Below, in pieces: positions 54,624 through 64,000 of a stretch of 64,000 bases of DNA. The DNA comes from Lytechinus pictus (lineage: Eukaryota), in assembly GCF_037042905.1 (NCBI RefSeq), contig NC_087250.1, positions 9,550,001 through 9,614,000 on the forward strand, written 5' to 3'. Under the pieces are notes generated by a model. The model searched no databases, had not been told where the DNA came from, and saw only the letters and a list, made by a program, of their open reading frames with translations. The translations under genes were made by a program, and so were the position numbers. Position 1 is the first letter of the stretch. Every line of letters begins with the position of its first letter.

Positions 54624-56013
54624 TGTCCGCTCATTTGACAATCAAATCATTCATACCTGACTGAGAGTAATTACTGAAATACTAGTTTGCTTAAAACTTC
54701 ATTAAAATACAATGAAAGAGCCAAGTAAATATATGAAATATATACATCTACATGTAGATGTAAAGTTGAATTTCCTGACTTCCCAGAGTTAAGACCACGA
54801 CCTATAGACTAGAGTCAAACTATACTTCTGAAATGGGACGATCCATCATTTCTGGAGTCGATTCTCAAGACTTTGTGTACATAGGACCGAAGCACACCAG
54901 AATGTCTTTGATCTTTTACGCCCACAGTCCCACTGCCCGATTATGACAGAAAACATTGGAGTGTATACACAATCCATTGTTGGGCCAGGATAGCTCCACC
55001 TTTGTGGCCCAAGGTGGAAAGTTTATTTTGGAATTCTGCTAGTCCTCGCTATGTGGTTGTCATGGACTTTGTTTTACCTCGGAAGCTATGCACAGGGAGT
55101 TGGAAAGTACCATACGCTTTGAAAGTGGGTCGGACAGTACCCTTCTGCATTGGCATGGGTTATTTACATTATTCCACATTTTCATCTAGAGTGTAGCAAT
55201 CTTTTCTGATTATCAGGAAGCTATTTTTGGGGAGTTTGAAAGCACTTTTTGGAACTGGGACAAGAACATTAAATTATCCCTTATTTTTTATCTTTCAAAC
55301 TTTCCTGATAATTGACTTGTTTTACCTTGAAAGATATGTTTGGAGTTTCAAAGCACTTTTTGGAAGTGGGACAACTTTGAAAGACCCATCTGCTCGGAGG
55401 GGGGGGGGGCACTGACATATATTGGTAGTACAGGGACGTGCCGCTTTGATGACCCCTCTTTTCAGGTTTCAGTCCTAATTTTCATTTCTCTAGATATTCA
55501 GAATGACAAAAGTTCCATTCAGAAGCCACCCGCCCCGCTCACAAGACCCCCGTTACGAAACATCTCAGTTCGCTAGACCTGCCAAAATTGTCCAGCGCAA
55601 GTACCGCATACGAGAGCTGCACGCACGGCTTCACAACTCCCTCCGCTATAGCTGCTCCATGCACCGCTAACTCCCACATTTACATGCACAGCACTAGCAT
55701 GCACCTTACCTACATACATGTAGATCTACCACGATCCCGTTCTGTAGATCCTGTTTTTCACACCGCCTGGTATATATTTAGTTCCCAAGACCCCGTCTTG
55801 TACCCTTTTGGTCAGTTCCTTAGATTCCCCCCCCCCCCATATAATGTAATTTTCTCTATAAGTGTATTGTATTGTACATGTACATGTACCTTTGGTAAAT
55901 TAACGAATAAACGATCATTTCACACCCGCTCCTGGTAGAAAAATATTTAAGTCATCACAAATCATTGAAAAAAAAAGAAATTCATGCATTTTATATTACA
56001 AAGTCAAAAAGGG

Positions 56014-56052
56014 GCCTAAGCTTTCGATCCTAGCAGAATCTTCGTCGGAGGC
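56014..56052 (-). ncRNA. Minimal type I hammerhead ribozyme motif, copy 1
   Basis: Minus strand reads GCCU-CCGACGA-A-GAUUC UGCUA GGAUC-GAAA-GC-UU-AGGC. This gives stem I, a core variant, stem II and a palindromic stem III (AAGCUU). Confidence 0.72.
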
Positions 56053-56912
56053 AAAATGACAAACATATAAAGTGGAACAACCATAATATAGACCACAAAC
56101 AAGCTACAGCAACACTAGAAACAAGGAGACAAAAGGGGCATTAGTGAGTAGAGAAGACCAATCAGGTTAGTGAAGGGGATGAAAGAAAAGGAGTAGGCAG
56201 ACACAAAGGGAAGTTAGTGTAAGTAAGGCCAGTAAAGGACCTCAAGCCAAGAGGGATTAAAATAATGAGGCAGGCAACATCAAACAGGATCTGGAACAAA
56301 ACAGTGATAATGGGATGAAAAACAAGAGAATTAGTGAGAGGTGGGTCAAACAGGTTACAAAGAAAGGCTTAATAAACTGGTGCATAAGAGTGGGGGAAAA
56401 AAAGAAAAAGAATGGGGAACAACTGATAATGTGCAAAAGACATATAAGTATATATGATAAAGCATTAGACAAACTAAGAGAAGAAGGTAAGTGTAAATAT
56501 GTATCTATAAGTGATATGTATATAAATATATCCAAAAAAGAAATGTATATGAAAAAATATATAAATACACATATGGTGTAACTGATATTGTAATCCGCTA
56601 GGTGTGACGGGAAAAAGCAAATTGCCTAAAAAGGTAAAAGCAAATATAGAAGAGAGGGGGTGTATTATGAAGAAACCATAGTATACATGTAAATAAGCAA
56701 ATGTGGTAAATCTAAAAGAGGTGAGTGGAGAAAAAACAAATATATATATATATATATAATAATTATTATATCGCCTGAATAAGGAAGGAAAAATTGGAGC
56801 TGAGCTTGTATGAGATATGGGAGGAAAGTAGAGTAAGAAACTATAATGTAACTATTCAAAAGAGCTGAGGGGAAAAATTATATGTATATATAAATTAGAA
56901 AGTCAAAAAGGG

Positions 56913-56951
56913 GCCTAAGCTTTCGATCCTAGCAGAATCTTCGTCGGAGGC
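56913..56951 (-). ncRNA. Minimal type I hammerhead ribozyme motif, copy 2
   Basis: Identical to copy 1, within a 59-bp direct repeat (56000-56058 and 56899-56957). Confidence 0.72.
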
Positions 56952-56991
56952 AAAATGTATATATAAATTGAAAGTGGATAGGAAAGAAAAA

Positions 56992-59187
56992 TCAGTCGTT
57001 CCCCTCTTGGATGTTCAGGCCATGAGGTTGGGTGGTGCGAAGTCGTCTCATCCAGAGCTTCTCCCTGCTAGTACGGACTGAGTCAGGACGGGTACCTAAA
57101 GATTCGATGCCCTGTAGCATCATGTCAGTGATGGAGTGGTTGGGGAGGTTAAAATGGCGGCCAACTGGAGTGTCCAGCTTTGCTGTGTTGACGGTGGATC
57201 TGTGCCCGTAGAATCGTTTCTTGAGTGTGGTCTTGGTTTCCCCTATGTATTGTACCCTACAAACTCTGCAAGTGATGAGATATACAACATTAGTGGTAGT
57301 GCATGTGATGTTGCCCTTGATTTGGTGAGACAGGCTGGTAGAGTTGCTGGTGAAAGTATCGCCCTCGTGAAGGTGTATTTCACATATGATGCACCTGTTG
57401 CTGGTGCATTTGAAGGTGCCATGCTGTATGGGAGAAGAATGGTTAGTGAGGGAGGGCACTTCAGCACAAACAATGAGGTCCCTGAGATTCGGTGGGCATC
57501 GGTATGCTAGAAGGGGAGTATCGGGAACGGCCTGTTGGAGACGATCAGAAGTGTGTAAAATGTGGTGGTTATCAAACAGGATTTTGCGGAGAGGGGGTAG
57601 ATTGGGATGGAAGGTGGTCACAAGCGGTATTCTGTCGGTGGTCTCCTTGTCACTTTTTGGTTTGAGAACTTCAGATCTGGGGAGAGAACGAACTCTGTTA
57701 ATTGCCAGTTGGACTGCCCTGGCCCCGTGGCCCCTGGCACAGAGATGTTTCTGCAAATTCCTGGCATGGAAGGAAAAATCAGGGTCCTCGGAGCAGATAC
57801 GGCGAAGTCTGAGGGCTTGACTATAAGCGATGCCGGTTTTGCAGTGACGGGGGTGGCAGCTGGATGAGTGGAGGTACTGGTGGGTATCTGTGGGTTTAGA
57901 GTATAGGGTAGTGGTGATACCATTATACTTTTTCTGGACTGTAACATCAAGGAAGTGGGTTTCCTGTTGGGAGAAATCAGAAGTGAATTTGATGGTCCTG
58001 TGGAAGGAATTGATGTGGTCAATGAATGTATGGAGGCTGTCTTCATTCCTGGTCCAGATGAAGAAAATGTCGTCTATGTAACGCCACCAAATCCATGGGC
58101 GACAGGGGGCTGAATCTAACATCTGCTGTTCCAGCTTCGTCATGAAGAGACAGGCGAATGAAGGAGCCATCCGGGTGCCCATTGCTGTACCGAATATCTG
58201 TAGGTAGTGCTTGCCCATGAATGTGAAGTTGTTTTTTGTTAGTACATGAGACATCAGAGATTTGATATCGGATATGGGGGGACTGGAATGGCCACTGGCG
58301 GCCAAGGCTTCACATGATGCTTGGATACCTTCGTCGTGGGGAATGCTGGTGTACAGTGAAGAAACATTGAAAGTGCCGATGATCGCAGTCTCGGGTATCT
58401 GGTCCTTGATGTCATTTAGTTTCCTGAGAAAGTCTGGAGTGTCGTGGATGTAAGAGGGTGCACGTGAGACAAGGGGCTTAATGTGGTAATCAACAAAAAG
58501 GGAGATGTTCTCTGTTGAGGAACCATTTCCTGAGAGGATGGGTCGACCGGGGTTGCCAGGTTTGTGGATCTTCGGGAGGAGATAGAAGCGGGCAGGTTTA
58601 GCATTAGTAGGGGAGAGAAATTTGTGGGCCTTCTCAGAGAGATGCTCGTGTTCTTTCATGTCATTCAGTGTCGATTGGATCTGTAGGGAGAAATTACAAG
58701 TAGGGTCAGAATCAAGGAGTGCATAGTGAGATCGATTATTGAGATGTTTCATGGCTTCATCGATGTACTGCTGGCGGTCCATAACAACGACGGCTGATCC
58801 TTTGTCTGCAGGCTTGATGATGATGTCGGACCTGTTTTTGAGTGATGAGAGAGCCTGGCGTTCTTCTCGAGGAAGGTTGTCATGTGCTCTGGTATCGAGG
58901 GTATCTGTGGAGCGAACTTGGGATGAGACAGCTTGGATGTAAGTTTCAAGGGAAGGAACTCTATTCTTAGGTGGAATCCATGTGCTTTTCTTGTAGAAGG
59001 GCTCGGGATCAGAAGGGGGTGCATCTAAAAAGAACTCTTTGAGACGTATCCTGCGATAGAATGTAGAGAGGTCTTGGCTGAGAGCTATCTGTTCAACTTC
59101 TGGTGGCGTGGGGCAAAACTTGAGACCTTTAGAGAGAAGAGAGGTTTCTGCTTGGGAGAGAGGGGAGGATGAGAGATTAACAACCAA
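56992..59187 (-). CDS. Penelope-like reverse transcriptase / GIY-YIG endonuclease polyprotein (N-terminally truncated; frame stays open to the junction at ~59263)
   Basis: Motifs IKPADKGS, FYLLPKIHK, GTAMG, WRYIDDIF, FLDV, YSKPTD, a Cys/His linker KCTSNRCIICEIH, and NVVYLITC...QYIGET (GIY-YIG). Confidence 0.93.
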   Translation of the reverse strand: MVVNLSSSPLSQAETSLLSKGLKFCPTPPEVEQIALSQDLSTFYRRIRLKEFFLDAPPSDPEPFYKKSTWIPPKNRVPSLETYIQAVSSQVRSTDTLDTRAHDNLPREERQALSSLKNRSDIIIKPADKGSAVVVMDRQQYIDEAMKHLNNRSHYALLDSDPTCNFSLQIQSTLNDMKEHEHLSEKAHKFLSPTNAKPARFYLLPKIHKPGNPGRPILSGNGSSTENISLFVDYHIKPLVSRAPSYIHDTPDFLRKLNDIKDQIPETAIIGTFNVSSLYTSIPHDEGIQASCEALAASGHSSPPISDIKSLMSHVLTKNNFTFMGKHYLQIFGTAMGTRMAPSFACLFMTKLEQQMLDSAPCRPWIWWRYIDDIFFIWTRNEDSLHTFIDHINSFHRTIKFTSDFSQQETHFLDVTVQKKYNGITTTLYSKPTDTHQYLHSSSCHPRHCKTGIAYSQALRLRRICSEDPDFSFHARNLQKHLCARGHGARAVQLAINRVRSLPRSEVLKPKSDKETTDRIPLVTTFHPNLPPLRKILFDNHHILHTSDRLQQAVPDTPLLAYRCPPNLRDLIVCAEVPSLTNHSSPIQHGTFKCTSNRCIICEIHLHEGDTFTSNSTSLSHQIKGNITCTTTNVVYLITCRVCRVQYIGETKTTLKKRFYGHRSTVNTAKLDTPVGRHFNLPNHSITDMMLQGIESLGTRPDSVRTSREKLWMRRLRTTQPHGLNIQEGND

Positions 59188-59482
59188 ATGGGGGGATACA
59201 TCATTGTTGTTGGTATGTCGTCTAAATCTGTTTGACCGTTGTCGCTTCTTTGTGAGGTTGCCTATTTTATATTACATAAGAAACATGTACATGTAAATGA
59301 CAACTGCTTCTTTATGACATCCCAAATTCTAATTAACTTTCTTAAACTTTGGTGGATTTTTCTCAAACCTTTACCAGTATTTTTTTCTCTGGTATTTTTT
59401 AGAACCAACTTTGTGTCAGGATGAACTTCCCCTTTAATGATTATTATAGACAATAACAAAATTATGTTTTTTTTCTTTGCAG

Positions 59483-59532
59483 GTCATCACTGGACACAAG
59501 GTTCACAGAATGACTGTCTCGTGATTTTGCAG
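59483..59532 (+). other. Possible 50-nt internal exon of an unidentified plus-strand gene
   Basis: Strong acceptor tttttttctttgcag| and donor cag|gtttgt. No recognisable coding content. Confidence 0.3.
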
Positions 59533-62336
59533 GTTTGTGTATAAACCATCCCACCTTTTCATCGCCATCTTGGGGTGTGTTCAATGTAGGTGTTCAAATC
59601 AATTGAGCATCATGAATCAAGATTGAAAATGCTATTACAAAATGGGGATATAATGAGAAACAAAGGGTTTGTTCAATGTCCCCCGTTCCTGGTCGTAAAA
59701 GTAAACGTCTTTCAGATCGTGTTTCGGAGTAAAGTTTATATGCAAAAAAAAGCGTTTGAAAATGTTGTCAGGTCAGATTTTACCTCTTTTAGCATTGCGA
59801 ATGCCATGTTGAACACATTGAATTTTGAAGTGTCTTTAAATTTGCACTTGTAGTGGAAGCCTACACAAGCACGTGTCAGAAATGACCTTTCTAATAATGG
59901 TTCAAACTTCCTAGATACCTTCTTTGTGATCAAGCCAATCACTTAAACATGCATGTGAACGATATGTGTGATAAACTGGGAAGTTTTGTTTAATCCCATC
60001 TCATTTCCATTGGTCTTTCTTTTGCCATTTTCTGACTTTGGATTCTGAAACCAATTGATGTGAGGGGCTATAGCCTCTCTGTGATTGAACCAATCTATTA
60101 ATTATTGACATGTGGTTTGATTACTTTGATAGTAAAAAATACTGAAACTAGCCTTTGTAAAAAATATTGTTCATTTTGATTGAGTGTAATTTCTGCAGTG
60201 CCCTTGTAAAGTTTGATCAGTTTCTTTTGGAATGCAGTTTATAATGCGAACAGGGTTCTACTCTCCTTTTTTCTTCAATACCTCGGGCTGATGGATATTT
60301 CTATTTCTATTGTGTAATCGTATCATCAGATCGAAAATCAGCTTTTCAGTTGTCCATTATTTCATTATGTTTCTCTTTCTGTCTTTTGTGAGGTTTACCA
60401 ATTTCCACCTGCCATTTTGCCCTCAGTTCTTTCTTCTAGTATCAATCTCCTTGGGGATAGAGGGATTCGTCTAGATTTTTATCCTCTTGGCACAAAGCTA
60501 TTAGATTTTTTGAAATATCGAGCTTCTTTCAGCATTGTAAGAGTGTATTCAAGCAAAGATTTTCCACTGGAGAATTGTCCTTTTCAATGAGATTTAAAAC
60601 ATGTTTGAATTCACACAATTTTTGTTGGATGAGAAATCAAAACCTTGAAAATTCCATTATTAGATGATGTAATACATGGTGCAATTCATCGGTGATGTTA
60701 CTAGAATATAAAAACAATGTTTTAAAAATCAGTTGAAATACATGTATGTTCAACTTCAGGCTAAAGGAACAATGGATGCGATTTATTTTTGAATGATCAT
60801 CCTGTCAGTTTTTCCATAATAAAGCCTAGTGTTATTAGCTTTGGTTTAAGTGTCAGTACTTTGAAATATACTTCAGTGTCATCGAACATTACAATATTAC
60901 AGAAGCGTAATGATTAATTTTTAAAATGTTTTGTTTTTTACGCCGAGCATAAAATACATGTAACAGCTCTGTTAAAGACCGTTTAAGAATTCTTATGAAA
61001 TACAAATCATCTACGAATTTTGTGCCCGGAAAATAAATCAAACATTCATAAGTAACAACAACAATTATGATAATGATAATAAATTAATCATAAATAATAA
61101 TTTTAATAATGATAATAATGATAATCAAATGACGTTGGTGATGATAATAATAGTAAAATGATGATGATGATGATAATTTAATCATAAATAATAATAAAAT
61201 GATGATGATGATGATAATGATAATTTAATCATAAATGATAATAATAGTAATGATAATGATAACAATAATAACATAATACTATATAAACATTGGTAATGTA
61301 GCGATTTACATCATGAGAAGATTCTCATGGTGCAGTAAAGAAAAAAAAATGGAATTAGATGGTGTAAGAGTTACATTTATAAACTCTTGTCTGTACATAC
61401 ATGTAGAAGATGAAAGGCATGTATTCTCCAGATGGCAAATTAATGTCTGTTATTTGTGGGATAAGTCAAGTGTAACTAATCCAGTTTTAATAGCCTCTGT
61501 GATGCAAAGCTGTATCTAATTTATTGACTTAAATGTTGAAGTGTTTCCCTGGGAAGCTGGAAACACTCTTCTTTCCCTGTGTCTAATTCAGTGAAATCTC
61601 CTCTACCCTATCACCTATCAATTTGGTAGATTTGCTACAATCTTTCTTCATTATTTGAAAGTTATGCAACAAAACGATACCAATCAAAATATTTGTAATA
61701 CAAATGGACATTGTATAATTGTTTTTTTTAAACAAGTCCACACATTGGTATTCATAATGCATATATGATATTTTCATTTATTTGATAAACGATTAAACAG
61801 GAATATGGATCCATAAAATGCCGTGCTCAGGGGCATACATGTAGCTGTGCTGGGAATTGAACCCCCGATCTTTGTATCCCCAATCAAGCGCCTTTGACTA
61901 CTTGGCCAGGGCACCACCTAGTCTGCTGGGCAAACCCTTCGCTCGAGTTAAGGGTCTGAATGTGCAGCCTACTCATGCCTTGTGTACTGAAGGCTGGAAC
62001 AGCAAGTTTTGTATGTGCTAGTCTTTGCGTGGAGGCACACTTGTTGATCAAAGTTCCAATGAGGGTCTGTGCCTGCAGACTAGGCACCACCACAGTGTAA
62101 CTGGGCAGAAATGCTGTATGTGCCGCTCTGATCCCCTTTTTTTCTATACTATACTTGCACCCCCTTAACATTTCAAGTCCCAACTAGACCTGTACTTTAA
62201 CTCGCCAGCATCTAGCTAAGTAGCAAGTGATTGCTGGGGGAATTCTGAATGATAACTGGCAACATGATTGAAAATGTGATTACAAAACACGGATATAATG
62301 AGAAAGGATGTGTCCAATGTCCTCCGTTCCCGGTCG

Positions 62337-62645
62337 TAAGTGGGCTGTAAATGGGTGATTTGTGGTTTTACTGTGGCAACAGTTTTTTTGTGTTCCTTTT
62401 ACCTTATCTCAACATGAAATGACAATATTTGTTGTCTCAGGTCCGAGAAAAAGGGGTCCGGACCAAAATCCAAAATGGCCGCCAAAACCCCCCCAAATCA
62501 CAGTTTTGGCCACTACTTCTTTATTTTGTGGTATTTTCCTCTGGTGTTGGTGTCTGTTCATATGGTTTTGGGGGGCAGGCAATTTGTTTTTCCTAAAATT
62601 AGTACCTTTAAACCATTATTTGTAGAGTTAAAAGGTGATTTTTTG
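62337..62645. mobile_element. Fragment (one TIR arm) of the same long-TIR family
   Basis: aagtgggctgtaaatggg...caaaatccaaaatggccgccaaaa...gagttaaaaggtgatttt matches the arms at 26885 and 28633. Confidence 0.8.
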
Positions 62646-64000
62646 TCACTGTGCGCCAAACTGATGCCTGTTACCATGGTGAGATACACTATTTTATTAA
62701 TGAGTCCACTGTTTGAACAGTGAACTCATGAATAAAATAGTGTGGATATCCACAGCAACAGGCGTCAATTTGGCGCATTGTGACAAAAGCACGCATCAGC
62801 ATTGGAATTTTTTATACACGCGCCCGATACGCGCTAAATTAAGCGTAATTTATACAAGAAATCAGCATAAACCATGGACTCAACCGTGGGTTTTCAAAAC
62901 CACCTTTGGGAATTCGGGCCAATGAGAAACAAAGGATATGCCCAAACAGTCCAATGTCCTCCGTTCCCGTTCCGTTAAAAGTAAACGTCTTTCAAATCAT
63001 GATTCCGAGGAAAATTTAAATGTTGAAAAAGATGCGTTTGTTAACGTCATCAGCACAAATTTTACGACCTTGAGCGTCACAAATGCGTCATTGAACACAA
63101 TTGAGTTTTGAAATTTTTTACATTTGCTCTCGCATTGGAAGCCTACACAAACAGGTGCCAAAACTGACGTTGTGATGGGTCAAACTGCGCACAAGCTGCG
63201 CTAACGAAAGCAGAAAATTTAAAGACTAGTAACATATAAACGGCTTCAATATTTTTTACACTGAACGGTGCACTGCTGATCATGTTTGCGTTTGGTATTT
63301 TGTAATTGAGTTTTCAATCATGATCCATGTTGCTGTTTAAATGTGAAAATCAACATTGAACACCCCGAGTTTGCTACAATACAGGGAGCATCTAATCTCT
63401 TATAAAGCAGCCATTAACTCATTGCTACAGCATATGATGTTCCTTGCAGTATGCTGTCAATTCTGAATGGTATTGCAATGTTTATATTTTACAATTTGCT
63501 GACAAACAATATAACAGCTCGCTTTCTTGGAGGCGTGACACTGACATTGGCATTTCGAATGCGGATTTTGATTGAAATCGTTGGAGGGTTTTTTTAATGG
63601 TAAAATGGATGAATACCTTTCTAAACATTTATTTTTGACCTAGATGGGCTTTGATGCCCCCACCTACTTATATTGTAGTGGATGACTGATCACTAAACAA
63701 TTAGTAGGAAATCGCTGCACAGGGTGCATTCCATTACAACAGATTTCTATTGATTTCTGAAAGCGAATATTCAAAATATGTCAAGTTCATTCGGACGTGC
63801 ATGTACATGTATGCATCTGAAATAGTGAATTTTGACATTTAGTTCAATAGCTGTGTGGTGTTTGCATAATATGTCTGTAAAGCGCTTAGAGACGTCATTC
63901 CGATGTATTAAGCGCTATATAAATGTGGAATATTATTATTATTATTATTGCTTTAGAAGTAAGATGTGCAACAATTGAAGCGAACTGAAGTTGTAAAGCC

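Larger units (their letters stand above)
56001..59263 (-). mobile_element. Penelope-like retroelement (probably Neptune-type), 5'-truncated
   Basis: RT plus GIY-YIG ORF and hammerhead repeats in the 3' region. Flanked by the 13-bp direct repeat attttatattaca at 55988-56000 and 59264-59276. Confidence 0.92.

Noticed and set aside
57136..59296. Short overlapping ORFs around the Penelope ORF
   Set aside because: They are antisense or alternative-frame shadows of the RT ORF.

Overview
AT-rich, repeat-dense, intron-containing animal genomic DNA. The SINE/MITE repertoire looks like a marine invertebrate, possibly a sea urchin, but that is inference. Most ORFs in the supplied track are spurious. 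Reading splice sites by hand reveals a minus-strand tandem cluster of three small secreted Ly6/uPAR (three-finger, quiver/sleepless-like) genes with identical exon phases. Gene A (2321-3158) has no last exon in the window. Gene B (9530-13038) and gene C (23065-29917) end in GPI-type tails. Gene B carries two tandem-duplicated, intact, divergent terminal exons (10874-11095 and 9530-9745), suggesting alternative last-exon splicing. The right part holds a 5'-truncated Penelope-like retroelement (56001-59263; RT plus GIY-YIG; 13-bp TSD) with two identical minimal hammerhead-ribozyme motifs in its 3' region. Two more degenerate hammerhead-like motifs lie elsewhere in the window. The rest is non-autonomous DNA transposons (a long-TIR element with 9-bp TSD, TTAA-flanked, 3-bp-TSD, CACT-ended and hAT-like MITEs), tRNA-derived SINEs, LINE 3' tails, micro/minisatellites and possible decayed coding relics. 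All coordinates were counted by eye and repeat boundaries are approximate.
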